DNA of 64,000 bases from Hemiscyllium ocellatum (taxonomy: Eukaryota), in contig NC_083440.1 of assembly GCF_020745735.1 (NCBI RefSeq), positions 13,503,138-13,567,137 of the forward strand, given 5' to 3'. Within the stretch, counting starts at the first letter, position 1. Every line of letters begins with the position of its first letter. A program made the position numbers and the translations under genes. Of this stretch, positions 22,128-36,023 are shown piece by piece. The notes below the pieces were generated by a model that saw only the letters and a list, made by a program, of their open reading frames with translations, ran no database searches and was not told the DNA's origin.

Positions 22128-23469
22128 TCGTGAGAGAGTCCAATAGACCTTCTCCATTCCCATCTGGAGGAAATCACATGTTAGTGAATACACCAGTAAG
22201 TGACCCACAAGTTCGTCATGGAAGTTGAACGCTATTGCTGAACCTGCAGTTTTTTTTTTTTTGCCGTCACCAAGTCACCCTTTATTTACATGTAGAGATA
22301 CTGATCCAGCTCCTTCACAGCCAGTTTTCAGAATGAACAGGATGTCTGAGACTCCTGTTCTTATCTGTCACACAGATTGGTATCTGTCACACAGATTGGG
22401 CAGTTTTTTTTTAATTGGAATGATTCACATGTGCCCAGTTTTATTTGGGGGAAAGTGAATCATCTCGTCTAAAAAGAACTGAGTAGTTGTTTTTAAGAAG
22501 CCGCATCACTCTGTTTTGCATTTCAGAAAGTTGGTTTCGGTGAACTGTTCTGAACAGGGGCTATTCAGTCATCAACCCCATTCTTTTCCCTCCTGCACGT
22601 GTGAAAATGCATCTGTTTGCAAAACTGCAGGGGCAGTCTGAGAAATGTCAAATTGTAATGATTCCTATTAGTTTGTCTCTATACAAAAACGTATAGAATT
22701 ATTTGAGAACTATTTATACGCATATGACCTTTCTGAATAAGATATATTTTGGTAAGATAACTGATCCATTGAGAGGAAACCTTCTTTTTGGCAATAGCAC
22801 GTGATTGTCCTTATGGCTGAATCTACAAATTTTCAGATGCATACCGTTTTTTGATTGTTTTAAAGTTACGTTATGCTTACAGATGTCATTGCAGAGCTCT
22901 GGAGCAGGTTGTGCTGACCTCAGTTTTTCTCAGTGAGAGGTAGGGACATGAACACAGCTTCACAGGGGTACTCTTCATTCATTCCGGCTAAGCAACCTGC
23001 TGAAAGATGTCATGACACACTTCTGAGTAATGTAAGCCCTGAAAGCTGGTTCAGAGGCTGGGATACATTTGTTTCTCCAAAAGAGTCCTCAGTATGCTGA
23101 AAAAGCAACATATATTTTTATTGTCCTCTGCTCGCTCTGAATCAAGACAAGTAATAATGAGCATTGACGAAGTTTTGTTTTTTCTTTCATTGATTCACCC
23201 AGACACTAAGAGAAATACTGCAACTTCTCAGTGATGAATTGAGAAAATTGATCGTCTTGAGAAGACGGGTCAAAATATGTATGATCAGCAAACAGTTACC
23301 ACCGTTGCAGCGTGCGAGGACGTGGGATAAAGGGGAGAAAGTAATCAGAATCGGGTTTTCAATAATAAAAATTATTTTTCAGCATGTCTGTCACTTTGAA
23401 ACTACTTTATGACAACACACATGTTCTTCTCAGCTAATGTGTCATTCTGCAAAAGCGCACGAGCTATAC

Positions 23470-24050
23470 TGGCCATTACGCATGAGCAACCTCAACATAA
23501 TTCCGAAGTTACCAAGAGCAGGAGCCAGCACATCAATGCTTAATTGAAAGACTGGCACCTCAACTGCCCAAGTGCTGCAACAAATAGGAGATAAGAGAGC
23601 TAAATCGAGACTAACATTTACTACCGGAGGAAAAAAAGGAAGGATGTTTTGAAGAAACAATGGGTAGACTGTGAACAGACAGGACTGAGAGGAATACGTT
23701 GATGAGCGGCACAGACAGCACAGAAAGGGAGCCACTTTCTCTAAATGGAAGGTTCATAACAGCGGCCAAAATTTAAAGGAAAGCGCAGGAGATTTAGTGG
23801 AGATGTGAAGAAAAGCTTCTTTCATACAATTGGTGAGGGGAGTAAGGCGGTCATTGGCTGTTAGGTTTCCCAATTACATTAAAAAATTATTTGGTGCACA
23901 TTGAGATGTCAAGAAATGCAAAGGTATGGGAAACGTGCTGGAAAACGAAGGAAGACCGAATAGACTGAGTTCGTCTTCCTCAGAATACTTAGGTGTTTGT
24001 ATTTGACTGGCGTGTGCACAATGTGTTGAAGAGTCTTCCGTGTTGTCGAT
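23470..24050 (+). mobile_element. CR1-like LINE 3' fragment
   Basis: Decayed CR1 end motifs. Confidence 0.55.
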
Positions 24051-24196
24051 CTCCATGACACTATCAATTCCTCCTGAGAAACTGAGAATTTATTTTGTCC
24101 CCTTATGACGTCATGTTGGACGGTATAGATGTCTGTATCAATGACAAGCTTATTGAAACCAACCAGCGGCTCTCACCCAATCACTAGAGGCGAGGA

Positions 24197-24235
24197 GCTT
24201 TTTGATCCAGCTGTAAGCCTGTTCGAATCACTGTG
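24197..24235 (-). other. 23-RSS
   Basis: CACAGTG, 23-nt spacer, TCAAAAAGC. Confidence 0.95.
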
Positions 24236-24537
24236 ATCACTAGCAGCGCAGTAATAGATTGCAGTATCATTTGGCACCAAGCTCTGAATTTTCAGGCTGC
24301 ACGACGTTTGACTGGGTCTGGTGACTTCAAACCTCTTCTTGAAACCCTCTTCAGGCCTGGGTTCAGAACCGAAAATGGAGATAATTATGAGCTGCAGGCT
24401 TGCTCCTTTGTGCTGGCGGTACCAGTACATGTAGCTATTGCTAGTGCCTTCTTGGAAACAATGCATTTCCACCATCTCCCCTTTTCCAACAGACAAGTAT
24501 TTCTCCAATTGGGAGACGATAGTACTTCTGCATCCAC
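24236..24537 (-). CDS. TRBV: Functional TRBV, V exon (..MVEMHCFQEGTSNSYMYWYRQ..DTAIYYCAASD)
   Basis: Open 302-nt exon with canonical V residues, leader and RSS. Confidence 0.97.
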
Positions 24538-24697
24538 CTGAGGAGAAACGGGAGAGCAGACAGAATTAAATTTCAATTGTTTACTATCAATACTGAGGGG
24601 TAATTTCTACCAAAAGAACTAGGAACTTCCCCCACACAAACGGTCAACTCTATGACACCCTCATACAGAGGGAAAAAGTGAGGACTGCAAATTCTGG

Positions 24698-24795
24698 AGA
24701 TCAGAGCTGAAAAATGTGTTGCTGGAAAAGCGCAGCAGGTCAGGCAGCATCCAAGGAGCACGAAAATAGAAGTTTCGGGCATAAGCCCTTCTTCA
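24698..24795 (-). mobile_element. Penelope 3'-end fragment inside the intron of functional V at 24236
   Basis: Nearly identical to 16668-16765. Confidence 0.75.
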
Positions 24796-25221
24796 TTTTT
24801 ACAACCCTCATACCGAGCTGCAGTTTTCTGCACACCCAATTACAACAGAGCAACACTAGCGCAGATTCTTCATTGTCAAGTTTGGCTGTAATGCTCATTG
24901 CTTGCGGGGACGCATGTGTACCTTTCGATTTGTCCACATTTTAAACACATTGAATTCCGCCCGCTTTACTGAGACAGGACATTTCCCTTTTACGGAGAGA
25001 GAGTGAATGACCTCAGCTGCTCACTGATGTCGGCATAGTGCCTGCTTATTAGAAAGTTTACATTACTACTTTCATTCTGCTATCAGACCAACCTGTGTTC
25101 TTTTTTTAAAAAGAATACACAAGAAGGAGAGTTTCCAAGGACCTGACCGCCAGAAATTCATCTCTTGCACCAAAAGCGGCTTAAGACAAGCTTAAATAGA
25201 TCACCGAGTCAGGAAGGTTAC

Positions 25222-25267
25222 CTGGCAGCAGCAATAACAGGAGAGGCAGCGAACAAGCTCCAAACAT
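25222..25267 (-). CDS. TRBV: Leader exon MFGACSLPLLLLLLP
   Basis: 46 nt, phase-1 GTAACC donor. Confidence 0.93.
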
Positions 25268-25347
25268 TGTCCCTTCCAACTTGGTGCAGCTTTCACGCAC
25301 TGCAAACTGTGTTCCCCAATCACCGGAGTTAATGCTTAGCTATAGAT

Positions 25348-25356
25348 ATGACATCA
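25348..25356. promoter_or_regulatory. V-beta promoter CRE-like motif ATGACATCA
   Basis: About 82 bp from ATG. Confidence 0.8.
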
Positions 25357-28300
25357 TCACAGATTTTGAATAAACCTGCCTCTCTCCCACCTCACGAAAA
25401 GTAGTTGTCCTGTTTGTGAATGCGCTGATAAACTGACCCAGACTACCCTCAGGCAAATTTAACAATTTTGCCGAACCACATAGTTTCATACAGACGGAAA
25501 AGATTCACATGTGTCTGATTCTATGTGGCGGAAAGCAAGTCACCTCATGTCAGAGTACTGTAATTGTTTAGAAGTTGCACCTTTGCTCCATTTTGCAGCT
25601 CAGAAACGACACAGAGAAGAAAATAAAATTGGGCAATCTGTTCAGAACAGGATCTCTTCAGTTCTCAAATCGAGCCTGTTGCCTCGAAATGAATTTAAGC
25701 AGTTTCCTGCACCTGCGAATCTGCAGGCATGATGCAAAAAAATGTCAAATTACAATCTATCCTTTTGCAGATTTTTTGTTCTCTCTGCAGAAACTCTGTA
25801 GAACTATTTGATGACTTTTTGTCGGTACACAAAACTGGTCAGGATATTACATCTGGAGGACCATCACTTTGTTGAAAGCGGCTCTTTGTTAAGCATTGAA
25901 CCTATTGGCCTTCTAGAACAAAGAATTGTCCCGAAAAGAAAATTGCAGATCAGCACATTCCAACGTACAGAACGATGCCCATAGGGACGCATGCATGTCA
26001 GGGGCCACTGCCGCCAAAGTGCAGTGTGAAAAGGCAACTGTTTTATAACTTCCTGCAGAAGTTAAATAGTGGTCCATTCGGATATTGGACCTACCTGGTG
26101 CCTTATCTGCATGCAAATATAGAGTATAGTGTCTGAAAAGCACAGCAGGTCAGGTAGCATCAGATGTTCAGGGGAATTGACGTTTTGGACATAAGCCCTT
26201 CATCAACGATCTCATGTTAATATAGTCTAGTTAAAGTAAGGCATGTCTTTTATTTGTTTGCTGGATTCGAGTCAAACTCCAATGTTTCTTTGTTTTCTTA
26301 ATTTGCTGTTGTACAAAGCGGAATAGTGTTTGTAACTATATAGGTAGAAAGACGTTTTTTTAATGAATGAAATGTATTTTGAAATAATAAGAAGGTTGTT
26401 CTTACCAGCGTCTGTTCAGTTCTCTAATCACTCTGTTGGCTCAATATGAAATTAAATAGTTCCCTGCATGGGCAGAAAATGTCTCTGCTTTCACACTGCA
26501 AGGGCAATCTGAAAAATATCAAATTCTAATGTTTTGTTTGACATTTTTTTGATCTCGTAGGCGCTGTCTAGATCTGTTTGAGGACCTTTATGATGCACTT
26601 CCTTTTACGAATGAAATTTATTTTTGAAACATACAACCTATTCTTCTTTGGGAAAATTGTTGTTGCAATGCCACAGTCTCCTTCGGATACCTGTAACGAC
26701 AGAGATTCAACTAGATGCAGTAATTTGAAGGGGTAAAAACTGAGATATTAGATAATACCCAATATATGCATTCAGAGATGAAATTATTGAGGTCTGGAGC
26801 ACATATGTATTCACATCGGGCTTTATTGATTAGAAATAGTGTCACTATAAGTGCCTCACAGGAGAAAAATTATGATTATGGAGAAAAATAATGTTATGGT
26901 TGAAGGCAGCTAACTCTGATTCAATTGTTTATCAAAGAGCATTGATGATATTTTGTTTTCTCTGTTGATTTACTCAGTTGCTGAACGCTACCATGCAGTT
27001 TCTCAGGGTACCAGAAAGCCGACTGGTAATGTAGAGAAAACATTTCAGAATATGTTTGATCGGCAAGCAATTGATCCTAGGCCCCAACCGTTTCTTGATA
27101 TGACGTGGAGAAGTCAAATCAGTTGAAGATTGGTATGTGTACTGCTAGGCCCCACTCAACTAGTCCAAGATGGATCATCCACTCAGTATTTCTGACTGAA
27201 TATGGCTGAGTGATCCAGCCTTACCTATTGCACTAATGTGCTGTGCTTTTCCATCATTAACGATGGAGATATTTGTGGAGCCTCCTCTTCTAGTGCATTG
27301 TTTAATTGTCTATTATTATTAACGGCTCAATATGTTCAAACTGCAGATCTTAAATCTGCTCTGCTGATTGTGGAATTGCTTAACCCTCTCTATCGCTTGC
27401 AGATTAAATGGCTTGGCATTCATGAAGACCTGCATATAGAGTCACAATATTGACACATAATTATCAGGTATGTCTCGTGCTGCTTCTGGCATAATTTCCT
27501 GCACTCTCCATTCAACTCGTGTTTATCCCTTGTCTCGGTGTTTATGGTTGAATGGTGGACATGCTGGATCGTGAGGTTGCAGATTGTGTTTGAAGACAAC
27601 ACTGAAGCTGTTGATCGCATACAGTGCCTCATGGTTGCGAGACCTGTTCAATATTTGTAAAATGTAACATATTGATAGCATCACACAATCAATTGGAGGT
27701 TATTAGAATGTGAAGACAGGACTTTGCATCTACTAACACTGTGCAGTGGTCACTCTAACTAGTACTTTTATGGACGCAAGCATTTGCAATCGGTAGATTA
27801 GTAACAATGATTTCAAGTTTATTTTGTTTCCCTCTTGTTGGTTACTTCACAACTTGTTTCGGACCCAACCTAGCAGCTATATATTTTATTCTGTATTTTC
27901 TTTTATATGTTAGAACTGCTGCTGAACCACTCTTGTTGATGCATATCGCAAACCCTCATCCAGTGTACATTTTCCATCTTTGCTATCCTCAGCGTGTTGT
28001 CCATGTGTTCTCGGAAATTGATAAGCACTGATATATCAGCTGAGGGAGAATGGTATGTTGTACCTGAAAGACATTTCTTTGTCCATAGTTAATCCAAAGC
28101 CATGAGATTTCATGGGGCCGAGAGCTAAAGTCAAGGAACTGCAGTGCATCTTCCTTATGATTGAATATCACTGTGCTGTTAACGCAGTCGGATCTGTTCT
28201 ACCAGTGAAAAGTTCAAATTCAGGAATGGCGATGTGGTGGTTGTGGCAATGATTATGTCTCTGCTAAGTTATTGACTAGTCTGTGAGACAGCTCTCCCAA

Positions 28301-29164
28301 TTTTAATACTATCACCCAGATATCAGAATGTAGAAATTTGCACAATCAACAGGGATGTTTCTGAAGGTTTTTTTTTAGGTCAGAGCAGGTGATCCATCTG
28401 TTTCCATTTCTTTGAGACTTCGTAGCGCTTGCTCTAACACAATGGCTCACTCAGTAATTACAGACTTCGATTGAGAGCAATAGCATTGCTGTGGCTCTGG
28501 TATCACGTGAAGGTCAGAGGAAATAATGAAGGGAGATTGGAATCGAACCCAGATCCCGAGAACGTCGCTTAATTTCTGGATTAATAATCTAGGAATAATA
28601 TGACTGGGCCCTTGAGTCGCTTTATTGCTGCTTGGGGAACTGAATATTGGTCATCGCGAACTGAGACAAGCCGCATCGATGAACAAGTTGTTCATTTTTA
28701 AAGCTGCAGGTGCACCAAACCATTTTTGGTCTTTGGGATCAGCAACAGTTTAGTAATGAAAGTATACAGCCGCTGCCTCAGTCCTTCCAAAGTTCAGCCA
28801 TTTCTTCAGCCCCTAATTCCAATTCAAAGCTTAAACCAGTCATTGAAACCCTCCTAAAAGGCAGATGGCAAAGGTGGTAAAGGAGCTTACTGCGAGCCAC
28901 AACTGCTCAGATGTTGTCTGAGCGACCGTGATTTTCCAGCGACACACACTTAGACTATGATCTGCAGTCCTCACGTCCATAGCTGCGACTCTGCTAAAAA
29001 AAAAGCACTAGCAAGACAAGAACATGATTTAGTCATAAGTGTCCTTCAGTTACGTACCGCTCCAGGGCTTCTGTTTTTGAAACCATTGGAAAGGCCATTA
29101 CAGAGGAAGACTGAGAACCAGACTCATCAAACAAGTACTGCTACAACGAGGACGGTGAAACATT

Positions 29165-29401
29165 TCCTTTCAGTGCACATGATAAAAACGACAGGTGTTC
29201 AGCTTGCTTTGTCATGTCTAAACACCCAACATTTGCTGAGTTTCCATGCCAAAGGAGTGCACCTGGCCTCAGAGGCTGTATCTCGGTCAGTTTTTCACAC
29301 TCTACACCAACAACTCTATCGCAGTTGTATCATTCTCCAGTCCAGTGAGACTGCCTTGTGTACTTCATTGAGTTGGGCTATCACAGCACTGGAGCCATTA
29401 C
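29165..29401 (-). pseudogene. Relic V-like exon, copy 1 (GNGSSAVIAQ..NC..HSFGM..CALKG)
   Basis: TTCTCAG acceptor, fragmentary V motifs, clear DNA paralogy to 37010, 48347 and 53758; no RSS remains. Confidence 0.5.
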
Positions 29402-29469
29402 CTGAGAAAGAGGGAACAGACTGGCTGAGTAAATACATATGTGTGGGTGTATGCACATTGTTAATTTAA

Positions 29470-31630
29470 TGCTATCAGGCAGGAATTGGGAAGTACAGAC
29501 TGAGAGAAATTGTTCCATAGAAAGGGCAGAGCAGGTATGTGGAGATTATTTAAGGAGCAGTTGTTGCGAGTGATATATAAATTTGTTCCTCTGAAGGAGG
29601 TAAGAAGGAATAAGATTAAGGAACCTTGGATGACGAGAACAGAGGAGATTCTCATGAAAAGGAAGGAGGCAGCTTATGCAAGTTGGAGAGAGCAAGGATC
29701 TAGCACAGCATTAGAGGATTGCAGGCTTGCTATAAAGGAGCTCAGAAATGGGCTGAGAGCGAGGAGGGGGCACGAAAAAGGCTTCGCAAGAAGGATTAAG
29801 GAAAACCCAAAGGCATTTTATTCATACATGAGGAAGAAGAGAATGATCAGGGAGAAGGTAGGGCCGATCAAGGATAGTGGACAGAACTTGTGCATGCAGT
29901 CTGAGCATATAGGGGAAGCCCTAAATGAGGTTTTTGCTTCGGTTTTCACTAAGTAAAGGAATCTTGTTGTGAATGAAAACTTTCAGGAGCAGGGATACAG
30001 GCTTGACCAGACCAAAACTGATGAAGTTGATGTGCTGGAAATTTGGAAATAAGTGCACAGGGCCAAACTCGATTTATCCTAGGCTTCTCTGGGAAGCGAG
30101 AAAGGAGGTTGCTAAGCCGCTGGTGAGGATCATTGCCTTCTCACTCTCTCTGGGAGTCGTACCAGAGGATTAGAAGGAGGCAAAAGTTGTTCGTCTTTTC
30201 AAGAAGGTTAATAGGGAAATCCCTGGCAATTACAGACAAGTCAGTCTTACGTCTGTAGTCAGCAAAGCTTTGGAAAGAATTCTGAGGGACAAGATTTATG
30301 ATTATTTGGCAAAGCTTAGTGTAATTAAAAGTAATCGGCATGGCTTAGTATGGGGCACGTCAGACCTCACAAATCTTATTGAGTACTTTGAGGAGGTGAC
30401 AAGATAGGCCGACAAAGTTCGAGCAGTGGATGTGGCGCATATGGACTTCATCAAGGCATTTGATAAGGTTTCACATGGTAGGCTCATCCATAAAGTCAGG
30501 AAGTATTGGATATAGGGAGAGTTGGCTATCTGGACTCCGAATTAGACATAGGTAGATTTGGCTATCTGGATTCAGAAGGCAGACAGTGCTTGTAAATGGA
30601 AAGTATTCTGCCTGAAGTTAAGTGTTGAGTGGGGTCCCTCAGGGCTCTGTTCTTGGGCCTATGCTCTTTGTAGTTTTTATAAATGACTTCGATGAGGAGG
30701 TTGAGGGGAGGGTTAGTAAATTTGCAGATGACACAAAGATTGGAGGTGCCATCAATGCTATCGAGAGAAACTGCAGTCTGCAGAGCGACATAGACAGGAT
30801 GCAGAGCAGGGCTGAGAAATGGCAGATGGAGTTCAACCTGGATAAATGCGAAGTGATGTATTTTGGAAGGTCGAACTCGAATGCTGAACATAGGATTAAA
30901 GACAGGATTCTTGGCAGTGTGGAGAAACAGAGGGACCTGGGTTTGCAATTACATAGATCCTTCAAAGTTACCACCCAAGTTGATGGGGTTGTTAAGGAAG
31001 CATATGGTGTTTTGCATCTAATTAACAGGATGAGCGAGTTTATGAGCCATGAGGATTTTACTATAGCTCTATAAGCCCATGGTGAAACCACACCTGGAAT
31101 ACTGTATCAAGGTTTCGTCGCCCTACTATAGGATAGACACAGAGGCTTTCGAGAGGGTACAAAGAAAGTTTACCAGGCTGCTGCCTGGACTGGAGGGCTT
31201 GTCTTATGAAGAAAGGTTGAATAAGCTCGGACCTTTCTCTCTGGAGAGAAGGAGGAAGAGTGGAGACCTGATCGAGGTATACAACATCGTAAGTGGAATA
31301 GATAGATACAGTGGCCAGAGACTTTTCCCCAGAGCAGGATTGACTGGTATGAAGGGGCATAGTTTTAAGATATTAGGAGAAAGATATAGAGGAGACATCA
31401 GAGGCAAGTTCTTTACGTAGCGATTTATAAATGCATTGAATGCTTTACCGGGGTGGTGGTGGAAGCAAAGTCATTAGGGCCGTTTAACGACTGTTGGACA
31501 TGCACATGGATAGCAATGTGTTGCGAATTGCATAGGTTAAGTTATCACATTATCTATTAGGATTAAACCTCGGCACAACATCGTGGGCCAAAGGGCCTGT
31601 TCTGTGCTTTTCTATTTTCCATGTTCTATG
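29470..31630 (+). mobile_element. CR1 LINE, 5'-truncated, disrupted ORF2 reverse transcriptase
   Basis: NPKAFYSY, SGVPQGSVLGP, FADDTKIGG, VKPHLEYC and FERVQRKFTRLLPGL in broken frames. Confidence 0.93.
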
Positions 31631-32410
31631 GCTGGCAGAAAAGGGCATTCTGCAAATTGTGCCTTGTCGAGAATTTCCCGAAGGCTCTCCAATCATTCCT
31701 GCTCCTGCATTCGTTATGATGTGTAGGTAAGGTGAATTAGTATGCTAAACTTTACTGTGGTGTCCTGAAATGTGTCTGTGGGTGGCCATTGGAAATGCGG
31801 AGTTATGGGAATACGGTGGGTTTCATGATCTTGGCTGGGATGGTCTTTCAAGCGTCAGAACAGCTCTACAGGCTGAATGGTCCATTTCCTCACTGCATGG
31901 GAGCTCAGAATCCACTGTGTCATATGAGCATTAAATATATTTGGAACAATAACATTAGCAAAATGAAACAGAAAGCATTTTAGAAAATAATAGATTTCCC
32001 CCAATGGAACTCTTTGTCCTCTACAAATTAGCGGAACTTTGATTATTTGAAGGACATGGGGGTGGGGGGGGGGGTGGAGTATTTCGTTTGGTTGATCCAA
32101 TTCCGGAAAATGGAATGCCAGATAACATAGTTTAGCCAGACTTCAGGACCTTGCATTATTGCCAGATGATTAGATATTTGCATACTCGAATGCTGAATAG
32201 TCAAGGTCCTTTTACTCAACATAACACTATGTCTTCGGCTCAGCTGTTGCTGGAAAGGGGCACTTGATCTTCGATTGAACAGTGAAGAGCATCTAGATGG
32301 GTAATGGATGCTTGTAAGAACGTGTGCAAACATCAGCAAGGAGTGGCTGTAATTGGAAGTGTTGTTCACTCGAGCTTTCCACTTGATCTGCTCAGTTTAA
32401 CTGCTCTCTA

Positions 32411-32449
32411 GATTTTTGCATGAACTCTAGAATTATTTTCATCAGTGTA
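32411..32449 (-). other. Degenerate 23-RSS
   Basis: TACACTG, 23-nt spacer, GCAAAAATC. Confidence 0.75.
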
Positions 32450-32755
32450 ATTACAGACAATGCAGAAATAAACGACAGTATCAGATACCTCCAGCATTTT
32501 TCAGGATTTTCAGGTTGTACGATTCAAGTTTGAACCTGGTGTCTCCAAATATTGCCTTGAAATCATACTCGAACATAAGTGCTGAAGTCCCAATGGCGGT
32601 TGGTATGAGCTGTCGGCCTGTCCTACCTCGCTAGCAGTTACCGTACATGTTGTTATTGCCAGTGTCATTTTGATAGCAGTTCAGTTCGTCTGTATTCCTC
32701 TTTTGCTGAGACAAATGCTCTGGCCACTGGGAGACGAGGACACGTTTTCAAGTCG
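32450..32755 (-). pseudogene. TRBV: TRBV pseudogene V exon
   Basis: VLVSQWPEHLS..ELNCYQNDTGNNNMY..AIGTS..FKA..EVSDTVVYFC, with TGA and TAG stops, a lost Trp and a frameshift from a short duplication. Confidence 0.92.
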
Positions 32756-33152
32756 CTAAATTACAAAGGTGGAAAGGCAAAGAATTGGTTTGAGATGTAA
32801 CATCAATTACAGCGGAGACCCGGGTGTAACCTCTGATTTCACGTGTTCCACACAGTTTGAAATGTCCCCTGCTTCACAAAGACATGACATTTACCCATTA
32901 TGGAGACAGAAAGATCGTGACCTACGCCACGTAACGGTGCCCACATTGTGTCAGGCTATTTGGACGCTTGTCATTGCCACTTCCAGTCTCTGAGCAAGAG
33001 ACAGGGACTTTAAAATGCTGATCCAAAACGAAAGGAAGACATTTGCAAAAGAGAACGATGCAGCTTGAAACGGACCATTTTCCCAATTGCTTCTGCTCTC
33101 TGTGCAACTTTGAGACAATTTCCTATTTGAATGCCCTCCGTATTATCACAGT

Positions 33153-33468
33153 GGGCGGCACGGTGGCACAGTGGTTAGCACTGCTGCCTCACAGCGCCTG
33201 AGACCCGGGTTCAATTCCCGACTCAGGTGACTGACTGTGTGGAGTTTGTACGTTCTCCCCGTGTCTGCGTGGGTTTCCTCCGGGTGCTCCGGTTTCCTCC
33301 CACAGTCCAAAGATGTGCGGGTCAGGTGAATTGGCCATGCTAAATTGCCCGTAGTGTTAGGTAAGGGGTAAATGTAGGGATATGGGTGGGTTTCGCTTCG
33401 GTGGGTCGGTGTGGACTTGTTGGGCCAAAGGGCCTGTTTCCACACTGTAAGTCTAATCTAATCTAATC
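33153..33468 (+). mobile_element. Full-length tRNA-derived HE1-like SINE in a pseudogene intron
   Basis: A box GGTGGCACAGTGG, B box GGTTCAATTCCC, (TCTAA)n tail. Confidence 0.93.
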
Positions 33469-33691
33469 CTACAAATAATGCTAATTTGAATATTTATCTA
33501 TGTCCCTTTCATAAGGGACAATTATAGATTCTTCGCTGGCCATGCAGAACATTCCACAAAAAGGCAACACCTTTTTTTCCGATGATAAACAAGAACAAAA
33601 GTTGCATGTGGTCTGAGTGATCGAAGTTCATCTGTGACACTAAAAGTGGATTAAGACAGGCTCACGTACTTCAGCAAGGCTGGAAGTTTAT

Positions 33692-33736
33692 TTGGACACA
33701 GCAGTAACAGAGATTGCAGAAAAAAGCATCAAACAT
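33692..33736 (-). pseudogene. TRBV: Defective leader of V at 32450
   Basis: ATGTTTGATGCT paralog with a 1-nt deletion; donor GT changed to AT. Confidence 0.75.
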
Positions 33737-33818
33737 TGTCCCTGCAAAGTTTTCACACAGCTTTCACACATTGCAAACCCTCTAGCCCTGGAGTTGGATT
33801 TAACACTTAGCAATGAAC

Positions 33819-33827
33819 GTGACATTA
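33819..33827. promoter_or_regulatory. Mutated CRE-like motif GTGACATTA (pseudogene promoter)
   Basis: About 84 bp from ATG. Confidence 0.65.
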
Positions 33828-34334
33828 TCATGAGAACGCCCAATAAACCTCCCCTGATCCCATTTATGTAAAAAAAAGGCACTTGTTTTTGAATACTGTA
33901 CAAAATTAACTGACAACAAGGTAGTCACAAAACGTTAATGATATATCCAAACCAACTTTGGTTATTTCAAATTGAAACGATTTGCATGTGTCTATTTTCT
34001 TCCAAGTTTTGTTCAATATTGAGGATCACCAATTCATCAGCCGAGTGAGGACATTATGGAATAATAATCGGAAGATGCCCTTGGTCATATTTTACTCAAA
34101 GCCCGGAGAATGCATGCCGTCCAGAGCTAACATCAAAGACACCAAGAGCAACTCCCTGTGGACTGTGTACCATTGTGCGAGGAAATCTGGTGGGTCTGTC
34201 TTGCCAGTGGGACAGGTCCTATGCACGGAAAATGATGGTGGTTTCTGCGATATTGTCGGTAAGGAGCATTATTATATCACCTGTTGATTAGGCTGTGAGA
34301 TGTCTCTCACAATCTTTGCACTCACCATCAAATG

Positions 34335-35815
34335 TGTAGAACTGCAGGAGATGTGGACAGAGTAAACGAATATTTTGCATCAGTGTTTACTGTGAAAAAG
34401 GACATGGAACAAATAAAATGTGACTAAGTAGGTAGAGACATCTTAAAAATTGACAGTACTACACATGAGGAGATGCTGGATTTCTTAAAACGCATAAAGA
34501 TGGATCAATTCCCAGGATCTGATCAGATGTATCCTAGAGCTCTGTGTAAAGCTAGAAAAATGATTGCTGGGCCCTTTGCTGAGACATCTATCTCATCAAT
34601 GGCCACAGGTGTGGTGCCGGCTGACTGGAGGTTGGCTAATGTGTTGTCACTATTTAAGGAAGGTGGTAAGAAAATGCCAGGGAAATGTTGCCAACATGGC
34701 TTTGTGCGTGTGACATCATATCACAATCACTCGATTGAGACTTTTTAAGAAATAACCAAAGAGGATTGATGAGGGCAGACCGGTGGACGTGATTTTTGCA
34801 GACTTCAGTAAGGCATTTCACAAGGTTCGTCATGGTAAATTGGCGAGCAAGGTTAGATCACCTGTAATATAGGGAGAACTAGCCACTTGGATACAAAACT
34901 GGTTCGAAGGTAGAAGACAGACAGTGGCGGTGGAGGGTTACCTTCCAGTCAGGAGGCCTATGACTAGTAGTGTACCACAATGATCAGAGCTGGGTTTACT
35001 ACTTTTCATTATTTGTTAAACAATTATTTGGATGTGAATATAGGAGATATAGTTAGTAAGTTTGCAGATGACACCAAAATTATCGGTGCAGTGGGCAGCG
35101 AAGAAGGTTAAGTTAGGGTCCAAAGGGATTTGATCAGGTAGGCCAATGGGCCACGGAAGGCAGATGGTCTTTAATTTTGAAAGGCAAATCATGGCAGGAC
35201 TTAATGGTAAGCTCCTGGATGGCGTTGCTGAGAAAAGAGACCTTGCATTCTACATTCATATTTCCTTGAAAATGGAGTCGCAGGATAGTGATTAAGGCCG
35301 TCAGTGTGCTTTCCTTTATTGTTCAGAGCTTGGAGAATAAGAGTTAGGAGTTCATGTTGCAGCTGTACATGACATTGGTTCAGCAACCTTTGGAAACTTG
35401 TGTGCACTTCTCGTTTTCCTCCGTCTGAAAGGACGCTATTAAAATTTGAAAAGGCTCAGAATGGATTTACAAAGATTGGATTGAAGAGTTTGAGCTGCAA
35501 GAAGACGCTGAAATCGTTGGGGCTGTTTTTTACGTATATTCAGAGGCGGAATGATGATCTTGTAGAGATCTAGGAAGTTCTGATGAGAATGAATAGTGTA
35601 AAGAAATAAAATGTTTTCCCTGGGATACCGGAGTCCCGAACTGGAGGGAATAGGTTTTGAGTGAAAGATTAAAAATGAATCTAAGGGGCAACTTTGTCAC
35701 ACGGAAGGTGGAGCATGTATTCAATGAAATGGTAGAGGAAGTGGGGAGATAATATAATGACTGCATTTAAAGACATCTGGATGATTATTTGAATACGATG
35801 ATTTAGAGGGATATA
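34335..35815 (+). mobile_element. CR1 LINE RT fragment
   Basis: VDVIFADFSKAF and KFADDTKI remnants, CR1 3' end. Confidence 0.85.
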
Positions 35816-35818
35816 AAG

Positions 35819-36023
35819 TCGTGAGTGTAGTTCTGGTAAAACATAGCAGGTCAGACAGCATTAGAAGAGCAGGAATATTGACACTTCAGGCTTAATCCCT
35901 TCACCAAGATCTTGATCAACGACTTATGCTCGAAATGCCGACTCTCCTGCTCCTCGGATGGGCCTGACCTGTCTTGCTTTTCCATCACGGCACTCTTGAC
36001 TCAGATCTCCATCATCTGCAGTC
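35819..36023. mobile_element. Inverted pair of Penelope 3'-end fragments
   Basis: Two diverged arms meet without a spacer at 35909/35910. Confidence 0.65.

Noticed and set aside
33153-33225. tRNA-like gene
   Set aside because: It is the tRNA-derived head of a SINE and continues into the SINE body and tail.
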